64,000 bases of DNA from Candidatus Helarchaeota archaeon (GTDB lineage: Archaea; Asgardarchaeota; Lokiarchaeia; Helarchaeales; RDOG01): positions 1,069,910 through 1,133,909 of the forward strand of contig JAHPZH010000002.1 of the NCBI GenBank assembly GCA_019058315.1. The letters are read 5' to 3'. Below the pieces are notes generated by a model that had not been told where the DNA came from, made no database searches, and saw nothing but the letters and a program-made list of their open reading frames with translations. Position numbers and translations under genes: made by a program. Positions 11,073-21,502 of this stretch are shown in pieces; position 1 is the first letter of the stretch, and every line of letters starts with the position of its first letter.

Positions 11073-11085
11073 TTTTTTTTTTTTT
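11073..11085 (+). terminator. Oligo-T archaeal terminator candidate
   Basis: T13 tract about 25 nt downstream of the 11047 stop. Confidence 0.45.
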
Positions 11086-11246
11086 ATAAAATTTCTAGAT
11101 TCATCCACCAGGTTAAAAGCTTTATAAATGGAGATCTTTCATTACCAAAAGAGATAAGCCTAAAAATACAAAATATTAATCAAATTTATTTAATAATCTG
11201 CTTTTGATACAGTAAATAAATACTTTGAAAAAAAAAGGATTTTCTA

Positions 11247-12557
11247 ATGGAAATTTCTAAAAATACCTCAAATTCTCATTTTCAAAGAGGAAAGATAGAT
11301 AAAAAACTAATTATTATCTATTTAATAATCTTCACTGAGGTACTTGGATTTAGTATGGTTATCCCAGTGCTTCCCTTTCTAGGATTATCCCTAGGATTGG
11401 ACTATACCCAAATCGGTTTGGTTTCAAGTGTTTTTAGTATTAGCCAACTCATTTCGAGTCCTATTTTTGGAAAACTGAGTGATCGATATGGTAGAAAGCC
11501 AATTTTACTAATAAGTCAGACAAGCACTTTTTTTGGTTTTGTCCTTCTAGGTTTGGCCAATTCTGTATGGATTTTAGTTCTAGCTAGGCTCGTCGATGGA
11601 CTTTTAGGGAGCAATATGACAGTCAGTCAGGCGTATATAAGTGATGTTACGGATGAAGAGAGTCGTACCAAAGCATATGGGCGGTCCAGCGCCGTCTTCG
11701 GTGCTGGTCTGATCTTCGGACCTTTAATCGGAGGTTTATTGTCTCCTGAAGGTTATAGTCCTTTACTTGAGGCGTTACTACCCCCAGTTTCCTATGCTGC
11801 TCCCATGTTTTTAGCTGCTGGAATATCATTTTTATCCATAGTTTTAGTAATTCTAATTCTTCCGGAATCTTTAGTTGATAAGAAAGATAGATTCAACGTT
11901 GAACTTAGTGATATAGTACCCATACAAGATATGAAGAAGTTTTTTCAAAACCCTCAAATACGTGGGAAAATTTTACTCTTCTTCATTTACAATATAGGGT
12001 TTATGCTTTTTATTTCATCATTCCCGTTATTTGCTAAGGAACAAATATCTATACAAGCACGTGAAGTTGGATTCTATATGACGTGGATAGGGATTTTAAG
12101 AGTTGTCTTACAAGCCTTAGCAATAAATCCATTAATAAAGAAACTTGGGGAAGACTTAATATTAAAAACTGGCATGATAGCATTAATTTCATGTATGGCA
12201 ATATTATCATTTTCAAGAGATTACTTGTTTGGTTTTGTTGCTCTCGCTTTTCTCGCTTTTGGCACTGGAGTTTGTCGACCTATCTTCACAAGCAAATTAT
12301 CCAAGAGTGTCGAAAAGAAGGAGACGGGCAGCTTATTTGGAGTCAATAATGCTCTTGTAAGCATAGGTCAAATAATAACACCTATAGCAGGAGGAATCTT
12401 ACTTCAATATATGCCTACTCCTGCACTTCCAATAATATCAGGGTTCTTTTTTTCGCTTATACTTGTTCTTTGGCGTTATGGATTTGGTTTCTCAAGTTCA
12501 TCTAAAGAAACCTATGAAATGAACCAAAAAACCGATAATATTAACATGAGCAAATAA
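11247..12557 (+). CDS. MFS transporter, TetA/DHA1 family
   Basis: GKLSDRYGRKP motif A, QAYISDVT, GLIFGPLIGG motif C. Confidence 0.92.
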   Translation: MEISKNTSNSHFQRGKIDKKLIIIYLIIFTEVLGFSMVIPVLPFLGLSLGLDYTQIGLVSSVFSISQLISSPIFGKLSDRYGRKPILLISQTSTFFGFVLLGLANSVWILVLARLVDGLLGSNMTVSQAYISDVTDEESRTKAYGRSSAVFGAGLIFGPLIGGLLSPEGYSPLLEALLPPVSYAAPMFLAAGISFLSIVLVILILPESLVDKKDRFNVELSDIVPIQDMKKFFQNPQIRGKILLFFIYNIGFMLFISSFPLFAKEQISIQAREVGFYMTWIGILRVVLQALAINPLIKKLGEDLILKTGMIALISCMAILSFSRDYLFGFVALAFLAFGTGVCRPIFTSKLSKSVEKKETGSLFGVNNALVSIGQIITPIAGGILLQYMPTPALPIISGFFFSLILVLWRYGFGFSSSSKETYEMNQKTDNINMSK

Positions 12558-12636
12558 TAGTAAAGCTGATAGACGGGAAAAAATAGTTTATAAATTCATG
12601 GTATATACATTATATATTTTTTTATAAAAAAAAAGA

Positions 12637-13173
12637 TTAAGGGACATAGGTTTGGACAAGTAGGGTAAAATCATCAAACCTTATGCTATTATCACTACCT
12701 CTAATTCCGATTGTAACAGTATGTGTTCCTGAGGATAGAGTTATAGAGGCCTGCAATGCACAAGATTGATAACCATTAGCGGTTACAGGGTCCATACCAA
12801 ATTCGACTTGTGGCGAGTATTTTTCTGCTCCATCAACAATAAAACGAACTATGGCGTTGTACGAACCACCCATAGGAAAATAAACATAACTAGTGAAACT
12901 TAAATACACAGACTCACCAGGATTTACCTTAAAAACTATGGTTATTTCATCAATAGGAATTGTGGTACCAAAAGGGTCTGTATATATTGAATACAGATAT
13001 TCACTATACCAAGTATTTTTCACTCCAGGTGGTGGAATAAATTTCTCAAGCAGATATAAAGTTTCACCAATGCCTAGGGATGGCGGTTGCATCTTATCAT
13101 ATACAATAAAACCTGTTGCGCCAGCAGCTATTAGGAGAGCAAATACTGCTACTGCTCCTGTTCCTTTACTCAT
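12637..13173 (-). CDS. Membrane-anchored or secreted beta-sandwich protein
   Basis: N-terminal hydrophobic anchor and beta-rich domain ending LSSGTHTVTI. Confidence 0.65.
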   Translation of the reverse strand: MSKGTGAVAVFALLIAAGATGFIVYDKMQPPSLGIGETLYLLEKFIPPPGVKNTWYSEYLYSIYTDPFGTTIPIDEITIVFKVNPGESVYLSFTSYVYFPMGGSYNAIVRFIVDGAEKYSPQVEFGMDPVTANGYQSCALQASITLSSGTHTVTIGIRGSDNSIRFDDFTLLVQTYVP

Positions 13174-13482
13174 TCATTATACCTCTTTTTTACTATTTTT
13201 AAAAATAATTTAGGTTAAATATGAAATCATATTTAACAGAATTTTTTGCATAAATAGTAATTTAAATTATTTGAAAACGGCAAAAAAATTTTATTTTTTT
13301 TCCAAAATTACATAGTTTTGCTGAATAAATTGTTATAATTAAACATATGCTAAAGAAAGAAATATATTGAATTTCCTTAAATTACCCGAAATTCCCTAAA
13401 AATTCATGAGTAAAGATGTTTGTATAAAAGATAAACGAATTCATTGAATTTATGTTTAATAAAAGTAAACTTTAGAAAATTA

Positions 13483-15084
13483 TTATATTACTGTATTAAG
13501 CCGATGATAGGTTTTCTTATTATTCTCATAAATATTTAAAAACTCTGTAAATAGCTCATCATAAATTTTTCTATTTTTTGGATTTGGTTTATATACATTT
13601 GAAATTTGGATTAATTTGGGAATTTCTTTAAGCTCTATATACCCCAAGGCTAAAGCAGCAATAAAGCCAGCTCCTCTAGCGTTAGCTTGGATAGGATCTT
13701 TAACTTGCCTTATAGTCCGATTTAATACGTCTGCGTAAATTTGACACCAAATATTTGAATTTGCGCCACCACCGATCATATTAAGTGGATCTAATTTTTT
13801 TCCTTTAGTGAATTTTTTTTCAACATACATCAACACCCAGCGACTATTGTAGGCGACACCTTCAAAAATAGCTCTTATCATATCCGCTCTTGTAGTATTT
13901 AATGAAATATTGAATAATGTACCCCTAACAGTATGATCTTCAATCGGAGTTCTTTCTCCATAAAGCCAAGGTGTGAAGATCAATTTATTACTTCCTGCTG
14001 GAACCGTCTCTACAATTCGATCAAATATTTTATAAACATCTGGTAAACGTTCTTCCCTCAGTAATTCGTCCTTATGATACAGAAGATTATCTCTCAAAAA
14101 AGTCAGACATGAACCAGCAGATTCTTGTTCATTAGCGACCATATATCTATCAGGAAGAGCACTAGGTAAAGAAGCCATATTATGATCTATATCCGTATCT
14201 TTATTAGGTATATGACAAGTAACCCAAGATGAAGTTCCTATATAAACATGACCTTGATAATTCTCTACAGCACCAGAACCAACGACTGCTGCTGGTATGT
14301 CAGGGGCTCCCATGATGACTGGAATATCTTTCTCCAATCCCAATTCGTCTGCCACGTCCCTTTTTATTGGACCTAGAATATCAGTACATCGTTTGAGTTC
14401 TGGAAATTTTTCTTTTTCAATTCCTGTCATTTTTATTAAGTCATCATTATAATGAACATTATTCAAATCTCGAGTGTCTGTTATCCAATTTAACATAATT
14501 GAACAATGTGAAGCAGCAAATTTGCCGGTAAATTTCAAATTGAGGTAATCTATACATTCAAGAAATTTATATGTCTTTTTATAAATCTCTGGAATCTCAT
14601 TTTTTATATATAGAATATGGGCAATTGGATCTTTTCCAGATCTTGTAGGGGCACCTCCCGTAATTTTCATCCATTTCAATACTTTGAATAGACCATAACC
14701 AGAAACATTAAGTAATTTTGATCTTACCACCTTTTTAATATAAGGCTCTCCTCGTGAATCCATCCATATTATTGCATTCCCCAAATTATTTCCATCTTTA
14801 TCTACTGGAACAGTTCCGGACCATTGTGAGGAACTACATACTGCTACAATATCTTCAATTGGGACTAATTCTTTATCTAAAAGTCTTTTAGAAGTAGTCA
14901 TTATCGCATCCCACCATTCTTCTGGTTTTTGTTCTGCTCCTCCACCAGATAATAAATATAAAGGAGTTTCTTCAAATTCAAAGTCCAGAACTTCACCCTG
15001 GGTGGAAACTATAGCTGCTTTACTTCCAGAAGTCCCATGATCATGTGCTAAAATATATTTTTTTTCTTTCTTACTAGATGACAA
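13483..15084 (-). CDS. FGGY-family carbohydrate kinase (xylulokinase-like)
   Basis: HDHGTSGSKA, IIWMDSRG, YIGTSSW, PWLYGERTP, IGGGANS; TTG start after AGGTG. Confidence 0.92.
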   Translation of the reverse strand: MSSSKKEKKYILAHDHGTSGSKAAIVSTQGEVLDFEFEETPLYLLSGGGAEQKPEEWWDAIMTTSKRLLDKELVPIEDIVAVCSSSQWSGTVPVDKDGNNLGNAIIWMDSRGEPYIKKVVRSKLLNVSGYGLFKVLKWMKITGGAPTRSGKDPIAHILYIKNEIPEIYKKTYKFLECIDYLNLKFTGKFAASHCSIMLNWITDTRDLNNVHYNDDLIKMTGIEKEKFPELKRCTDILGPIKRDVADELGLEKDIPVIMGAPDIPAAVVGSGAVENYQGHVYIGTSSWVTCHIPNKDTDIDHNMASLPSALPDRYMVANEQESAGSCLTFLRDNLLYHKDELLREERLPDVYKIFDRIVETVPAGSNKLIFTPWLYGERTPIEDHTVRGTLFNISLNTTRADMIRAIFEGVAYNSRWVLMYVEKKFTKGKKLDPLNMIGGGANSNIWCQIYADVLNRTIRQVKDPIQANARGAGFIAALALGYIELKEIPKLIQISNVYKPNPKNRKIYDELFTEFLNIYENNKKTYHRLNTVI

Positions 15085-15300
15085 TTAAAGCACCTTTTTG
15101 TTATTATATGTAAAATCTTTTTAATTTATCATTTTCCATAAACGTCAATTATTTAAATTATGATTAATTTTACTTAATGAGTTAATTATATTAGAGAAGG
15201 GGTAAAAAAATAATTGGGATTGGAATCATAAAAGCAAAATAGGGAAAGCAGAATGGCACTAAGCAAAGTACGGAAGTAATTGAAAAAAAGTGGATGAAAA

Positions 15301-15978
15301 ATGATAAACAATAAAGACCTTAAAAAAATTTTTGAGGGTATAGATTTGTCAAAAATAGAAAATCCAAAAATAAAAAATATTTGGATTTTTAGAATTTCGA
15401 ATAAAGTGCCAATATTTCAAGTTGCATTTTCCGATAATAAAGAATTAAAGAGGGTAACAATGGAAGATGACTTTCGAGGAGCCACTATTCAAGGGTTACC
15501 ACTACTTACAGTTGTTGATATATGGACTAAATTTAATGAACCAGAATTTAAAGGAAGAGACAAACCAAAATATTTTCAAGGGTATCAATATAGAGTTATT
15601 TATCGAGAGATGCCATTTAGTTATCCTGATGAATTGAAAATTTATTTATTGAATTTGATAAAATTTATGTTTAATTTTCCTAAAAGATATTTTGAATATA
15701 ATAGATATCCTATATACATTAAAGAAAGAGTTGCATGTATTATTAAAGTGGAATTTGATGATACTGAAGAGGGAGCATTTGAAAAAGCAAAATACTATAG
15801 TAGGTTATCTTGGTTAATTGCATCTTGTTTTTTCTCGAAATATGTTGATATTTTAGTAAAAAAATTTATGTATTGGGATGGGGATGTCACCGTTTTTCGT
15901 AAATTTGAGAATTGTTGTTTGGAGATAGTAAATGGAAATCTCTTTATAGATTGTACACCTCTAACCGCAAATTACTGA
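15301..15978 (+). CDS. Longin-like domain protein
   Basis: IKNIWIF..SNKVPIF N-terminal beta hairpin and C-terminal F.SKY..IL...WDGDV..F.KF motif resembling Asgard longins. Confidence 0.6.
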   Translation: MINNKDLKKIFEGIDLSKIENPKIKNIWIFRISNKVPIFQVAFSDNKELKRVTMEDDFRGATIQGLPLLTVVDIWTKFNEPEFKGRDKPKYFQGYQYRVIYREMPFSYPDELKIYLLNLIKFMFNFPKRYFEYNRYPIYIKERVACIIKVEFDDTEEGAFEKAKYYSRLSWLIASCFFSKYVDILVKKFMYWDGDVTVFRKFENCCLEIVNGNLFIDCTPLTANY

Positions 15979-16074
15979 GTTTTATTTTTAACAGTATTGA
16001 AGCTTGGCGAACCCTTTACAAAGTGTTGGAAAATTGGGAATGATTTAATGGATTGATTTTCTTAAATGATTTTT

Positions 16075-17292
16075 TTATATGGTTATCTTCTGAATAGTTC
16101 CTTTTTCATCTACTGATTCAATAATTAAAGGTGATCCCTTTCCTCCAACCTTCTCTAGTCTTAGAAATTTTTGAACGACTGAAAGGAAATCTAGAGGGTT
16201 GATACATCCCTCTGGTGGCAAAACTCCCTTTTCTTTTATCTTACCTTTGTTCATAAGAACTGCTCCAATAGCTGCCGGAATACCGGTTCCTTCACCCATT
16301 GCTTGACCTGTTGATGCCATCGAAAATATATATTGATGAGGTTTTCCTTTCTTTGTACCTGCAACAACAATCTTAACGCAACCTCGTTGCTCTCCAAAAT
16401 TTGTCTCCTTTAGAATCTTTTCTCTTTGATTGATAATATATGCAATAGTAAAATCAATGGGTGCAACACTTTGTCCCTTAACCTCAATCGGGTCTTCGCC
16501 AACTATCCCTAACCTTACTAAATTTCTTGTTAGAGAATAATATTCATCAGGTAAGACAGTACCTTTATTTGTTACACGTTTTACCCCTTTAATATATTTA
16601 GGAATCGTAATAATTTCAGGATGAGGATATGGAAACACCCTATAAGTTCCTATTTCATGAAAATCTACATCTTCTTCTAACATCATAGCCTCTCTTGTGA
16701 ATGATTTTACAGTCTTAAATTTTCCATCAAGGAAAACAGGAATATCAATAAGCATGGAATGAATTCTGTGCCAAATAACTCCTGCTCCTTCTGACGGTTC
16801 TCCGCCATGTGCATGATAAAGGTCAATGGTAAAGACTTCATCTAATAGTTGCTCGGCACCAAACTTTGCTAATAAATTGGTAACACCAGGAGAGCTTCCC
16901 ATTCCTATTAACGCAGTTATGCCTGCTTTTTTTGCAGAACCATCCATTTTTAATATTTCTCTAGTAACGTCTACATCATCGCATATATCCACATAATTGA
17001 TTCCAGATTCAATAACCGTTTTTAAGATTGTAGGAACAAATTTATAAAAAGGTCCTGTACAATTCAAAACCACATCAGAATCTTTAATAGCACTTTTAAT
17101 ACTTTTAGGGTCGAGTGCATCTACTCTAACTGCTGAAAGTTTCTCTGAGGCTAGTTGGGAGACCATCTCATTTGCTTTTTTAATATCGATGTCTCCAATT
17201 ATTACTTCTGAAAAATCTTTAACGGTCGTCAGTGTGCTAACTGCAACACTACCTACGACTCCACAACCACCTAAAACTATGACTCTTGACAT
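16075..17292 (-). CDS. Saccharopine dehydrogenase-like oxidoreductase
   Basis: VLGGCGVVG Rossmann motif, NCTGPFY, YVDICDD, GMGSSPGVTN, HPE. Confidence 0.9.
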   Translation of the reverse strand: MSRVIVLGGCGVVGSVAVSTLTTVKDFSEVIIGDIDIKKANEMVSQLASEKLSAVRVDALDPKSIKSAIKDSDVVLNCTGPFYKFVPTILKTVIESGINYVDICDDVDVTREILKMDGSAKKAGITALIGMGSSPGVTNLLAKFGAEQLLDEVFTIDLYHAHGGEPSEGAGVIWHRIHSMLIDIPVFLDGKFKTVKSFTREAMMLEEDVDFHEIGTYRVFPYPHPEIITIPKYIKGVKRVTNKGTVLPDEYYSLTRNLVRLGIVGEDPIEVKGQSVAPIDFTIAYIINQREKILKETNFGEQRGCVKIVVAGTKKGKPHQYIFSMASTGQAMGEGTGIPAAIGAVLMNKGKIKEKGVLPPEGCINPLDFLSVVQKFLRLEKVGGKGSPLIIESVDEKGTIQKITI

Positions 17293-17365
17293 TTTACATC
17301 AAAAAAATCTATTAATAGTTGACAATTTATCTTTTTAGATATTAAACAGTAAATTAGGATATATT

Positions 17366-17380
17366 AAAGATTTTATAAAT
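17366..17380 (+). promoter_or_regulatory. BRE/TATA promoter candidate for the MFS-amidohydrolase pair
   Basis: A-rich BRE followed by TTTATAAA about 35 nt upstream of ATG 17411. Confidence 0.4.
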
Positions 17381-17410
17381 TAAACCTGATCTCTGCTAAA
17401 GGTCATAAAA

Positions 17411-18721
17411 ATGGATGAATACGGTAAATTTAATAAGGTTTTTTTAATTGGGATTTTTATCTTTCTTATTAATTTAATGAATTTAGAGGTAGGTTATTTT
17501 TTAACTATATTTGATTCAATTTTAATAGATTTCAGGGTTGAACAAGGAGCAATTGGTTGGATACTCCTTGGATTTTTTTTAGTACAAGCCATTTCAACTA
17601 TATTATTTGGTTATTATTCAGATAAATTTCAGCGACGTAAACTCTTCGCTCTAGGGGCTTTTCTTTATTCATTTTTTTGTATTATTATCTATTTAAATAA
17701 ATTCACAGAGAATTTCATTATATTATTAATTTTTCGCTCTTTAGTTGCTATAGGTCTGGGATGTTCCACTCCCATAGGAATATCTATGATGGTTGACTTA
17801 ATTCCAAGTAAAAACCGTTCTCAAGTTTTTGCAATTTATATTGTATTTACCTATTTTGGTACAATCTGGGGTGTTCTGTTTGGTTTTGTGCCTAATTTAC
17901 TCGAAACAATAGTAATTTTAATCACAAGTAGTATTGATTGGGAAAATCTATATCTTTACATTGGAATTGCTGGATTTATTGGCTGTGGTGCTTTATTATT
18001 ATTCAAAGAACCTAAGCGAGCGGCAACTGAAGAACTCTTTATTGAAATGATATCCTCTGGAGAAAATTATGCATATAGAATTAAATCCGAAGATTTAAAA
18101 CAAATATATACTAGACGAAGTAATTTTTGGTTAATTGTCAATTTTATTGATACCATTGCACCAGGATTACTTGTAAATTGGATACTTTATTACGCAGAAC
18201 AAGATGTTATTTATCGTGGTATTTCCCCGATTCAAATTTTTATTTCGGTTGGAGTCGTAGTAGGCTGTTTAATAGGTGGAACATTTGTATTTGCAAAGAT
18301 CGGAGATCAGAGAAAACAATTTGACAAAACAGCTAGGGCAAAAATCGCAATTTATTGTGCAATATTTAATGTACCTTTAATTATTGTCGCTTTTTTATTT
18401 CCACGATTTGGATTAATTTTTACAATCTTTCTTGCTATTGGAATGGCTGTTGATTCAGGTATCGGACCTAATTGGTATTCGACTCTTATTGATGTAAATC
18501 CTCCCGAACTTCGGGGAACTATGGTAGCTATGGCATCCTTTTTAGATACGATTGGTAGGGGAATTGGAGGATTAATTGGTGGCTATTTTGGCTTAGAATT
18601 CTCAATTATATTCTTATTCTTAAGCATCTTTCCTTGGTTACCTGTTTTTAAGCATATTGAAAAAGATTTGGATGAAGTTGAGAATATTTTAAAAGAACGT
18701 GTAAGTAAAATGAGTAGTTAA
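17411..18721 (+). CDS. MFS transporter (Spinster-like)
   Basis: GYYSDKFQRRK, about 12 TMs, EPKRA..E loop motif, PELRGT. Confidence 0.85.
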   Translation: MDEYGKFNKVFLIGIFIFLINLMNLEVGYFLTIFDSILIDFRVEQGAIGWILLGFFLVQAISTILFGYYSDKFQRRKLFALGAFLYSFFCIIIYLNKFTENFIILLIFRSLVAIGLGCSTPIGISMMVDLIPSKNRSQVFAIYIVFTYFGTIWGVLFGFVPNLLETIVILITSSIDWENLYLYIGIAGFIGCGALLLFKEPKRAATEELFIEMISSGENYAYRIKSEDLKQIYTRRSNFWLIVNFIDTIAPGLLVNWILYYAEQDVIYRGISPIQIFISVGVVVGCLIGGTFVFAKIGDQRKQFDKTARAKIAIYCAIFNVPLIIVAFLFPRFGLIFTIFLAIGMAVDSGIGPNWYSTLIDVNPPELRGTMVAMASFLDTIGRGIGGLIGGYFGLEFSIIFLFLSIFPWLPVFKHIEKDLDEVENILKERVSKMSS

Positions 18722-18768
18722 AAAGTTTGTAATAATTAAAATTAGGAAAATAATTTAGGTCTATTAAA

Positions 18769-19638
18769 ATGAGAATAGATTTTCATTGTCATCTATTTTA
18801 TGAACAAATGACACCTAAATTCTTAAAAACACAATTTAAAACATTTGAGGGTTATACTTTTTTTAATAGAATGATACAAGGAATAGAACAATTAGAACCA
18901 ATTAATATTGATGATCCCATAAAAAAAACGATTATGATTGCAAAAAGAGCCCAATTAGATAAAATTGTGCTACTATCTACTAGTAAAAATGAAAATGAGC
19001 GAGTTAAAGATTGGGTTAAGATACAACCTGATTTATTTATCCCATTTTTCAATCCTCCCGAAAAGTCGGAAAATAAATCTGAAGTTCAAACTAATGTGAG
19101 TAAAGCCTTGATCGAGGATGGGTTTAAGGGATTGAAAATTATGTTGCCATTTCGAGGAAAGAAAATTAATAGTGAAAATCTCTTTCCTGCTTATGAAATC
19201 GCAGATGAGCAAAATGTACCTGTTTTATTTCATACAGGATACCCCCCTCCAGGAACACCTGGCAAGAGGATGTTTATGAGTCTAGCAAAACCAGTGTTCT
19301 TAGATTCTGTAGCAGCATCATTTCCTTCTCTAAAAATAATCATGGCTCATATGGGTTATCCTTGGATTGATGAAGCTATCTCTATGGCAACTCAATTTCC
19401 AAATTTTTATTTAGATATTAGTAATCTCACCTATATGCAACCTAATCGAATGCGTGATGCTATTCTATACGCAAAGGATATTATTGGTCTCGATAAAATA
19501 CTCTTCGGATCAGATGGTTTTTGTCCTGAAACAATTGAAGTCTGTGTTAAAGCATTTCTTGCGGTGGATTATCTTAAAAAAGATGAGATCAATAAAATTA
19601 TTGGGTTAAATGCAAAAAAAATATTAAATTTAAAGTGA
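18769..19638 (+). CDS. Amidohydrolase 2-family metallohydrolase
   Basis: DFHCH, LFHTG, MAHMGYPW, ILFGSD. Confidence 0.9.
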   Translation: MRIDFHCHLFYEQMTPKFLKTQFKTFEGYTFFNRMIQGIEQLEPINIDDPIKKTIMIAKRAQLDKIVLLSTSKNENERVKDWVKIQPDLFIPFFNPPEKSENKSEVQTNVSKALIEDGFKGLKIMLPFRGKKINSENLFPAYEIADEQNVPVLFHTGYPPPGTPGKRMFMSLAKPVFLDSVAASFPSLKIIMAHMGYPWIDEAISMATQFPNFYLDISNLTYMQPNRMRDAILYAKDIIGLDKILFGSDGFCPETIEVCVKAFLAVDYLKKDEINKIIGLNAKKILNLK

Positions 19639-19823
19639 TTTCATATTTTTATTTTAGGTTTTTAATAAAGTCCAAAAAAAAATTTATGATGTGAACCAAA
19701 AAAATAAAATCTATCTAAAAGATAAATTAAAAAGATTAAAAAAAAAGTTTTTATAAGTTATTTAAAATTATTTTCTAATATTATATCATTTAATTATTAA
19801 TTATAGTTTAAATGTGGAGAAAA

Positions 19824-21473
19824 ATGAAAAAACGCAATCTTATGGCTCTCATCATTACTGGAATTTTAGTAATTCCCGTATTTATTGCATTATATGAAGC
19901 TAATGCTTCTTCCAACTTGCCTATTACACTCCCTGCTAAGAATTCTTTCCAATTGTCGTCTCTAACATCATTTAATGATAATTGGACACTTCCTATTCCA
20001 AATCCAGGTATAGACGGTTTAGAATGTAGGATGGCTATTGATTCAAATGATATAATTCACATTGTTTATGTTAATGGTACAATTACTCAACAGATAATAT
20101 ATACTAATTCATCCAATTACACCAATATTCGAAAAGTTTCAAACAATCCAGCTGACTCCGTGGAGCCGGCAATTGCAGTTGGTGATAATACTGTATATAT
20201 TGTTTGGATGGCTACAATTGCGGCTGAATTTAATATTGTAATATCAAACAGTTCTGACTATTTTTCAACAAATTTAACAATATCAACAAATAATTCAGCA
20301 AGTAATTACAATCCCGATATCGCTGTGGATTCTAATGGTATTGTGCACGTTGTTTGGGCAGCACCTCATAACATTACTGGTTTCGGTGAAATTTGGTACA
20401 CAAATAGCAGTAGTAATTATAAAACAATTACAAAAATAACTAATAGTTCTAATGATGATGATAGGAATCCTAGTATTGCAGTAGGTTCTGATAATACCAT
20501 ACATATCGCTTGGAATATGGACCAAATTTTTTACGCTAATTCTACTGACAATTTTCAATCTATTCAAACGGTAAGTAAAAATCCTAGTAACCCTAATACA
20601 AACCCTGATATTGTCGCAACAAACCCAATCTTCATAACTTGGGCTGCTAATGTGGGTGCAGGAGTAGATGAAATTTTTCTTGCGAACAGTTCAAACAATT
20701 GGGAAAATATTACCATTTCTAAAAGTCCAACCAACAATAGTAAACACCCACGAATAATGAAATTTGGTGATATAATTCACATTGTATGGACTGCAGAATA
20801 TTTACCGTCCACGGATCTTGTATCTTATGCAAATAGTCTAGATAATTACCAAGAAAATACAACAATTAGTTTGAATTGTACTTTTGATAATTCTGCCGAT
20901 ATTGCTTTTACTAAAAATGGAAGAATCATTATTATTTGGCCATTTAATTTCACAATTTATTCTCGAAATTCAACTTATCCATCATCTCCTGCAGTAAGAC
21001 AGATAAAATCTATATTAATTCCAATGGAGCTGAACAAACCTGGAACTGCAATGCTTGCATTTGGCGAATTTTTTAATGAATTTTATATTGAAAAAGTAGA
21101 GATAATGTGGTCCACAAATACTGGCGTTTCATGGAATACTTTTCTAATGTTTGGCTCAGGAAATGGGACAAAATGGAAAGGCACAGGAGTGATTCCTGGT
21201 TATCAATACGGCGTTGTATTATTGTATAAGTATAAGATAACTGACAAGGCTGGAATTGAACATGAGACCACACAACAAATGTTTTACTATCCAGATACTA
21301 GGACTGAAAGCATAGTATTAATCATAATACTATTCGGAGTATTGGGAACTCTCACAGCACTATATCTTATTCCACAAACAAGGAACTTCTTTGGTAGGCT
21401 ATTTAGTCGTAAAGAAGATAAAACTACTGAAAAAGCAAAAAAGCCTGAAGTTAAGGAAACACCTGAATCTTAA
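19824..21473 (+). CDS. Secreted beta-propeller repeat glycoprotein with C-terminal TM anchor
   Basis: Signal peptide, about 7 repeats of P.IAV.S....HIVW, many NxS/T sequons, C-terminal TM and charged tail (start could be 19812). Confidence 0.8.
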   Translation: MKKRNLMALIITGILVIPVFIALYEANASSNLPITLPAKNSFQLSSLTSFNDNWTLPIPNPGIDGLECRMAIDSNDIIHIVYVNGTITQQIIYTNSSNYTNIRKVSNNPADSVEPAIAVGDNTVYIVWMATIAAEFNIVISNSSDYFSTNLTISTNNSASNYNPDIAVDSNGIVHVVWAAPHNITGFGEIWYTNSSSNYKTITKITNSSNDDDRNPSIAVGSDNTIHIAWNMDQIFYANSTDNFQSIQTVSKNPSNPNTNPDIVATNPIFITWAANVGAGVDEIFLANSSNNWENITISKSPTNNSKHPRIMKFGDIIHIVWTAEYLPSTDLVSYANSLDNYQENTTISLNCTFDNSADIAFTKNGRIIIIWPFNFTIYSRNSTYPSSPAVRQIKSILIPMELNKPGTAMLAFGEFFNEFYIEKVEIMWSTNTGVSWNTFLMFGSGNGTKWKGTGVIPGYQYGVVLLYKYKITDKAGIEHETTQQMFYYPDTRTESIVLIIILFGVLGTLTALYLIPQTRNFFGRLFSRKEDKTTEKAKKPEVKETPES

Positions 21474-21502
21474 ATTAATTTCTATTTTTTACTTATTTAA
21501 AG

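Noticed and set aside
15253-15279. Mini-ORF MALSKVRK upstream of the longin gene
   Set aside because: Eight codons with no supporting evidence; expected by chance.
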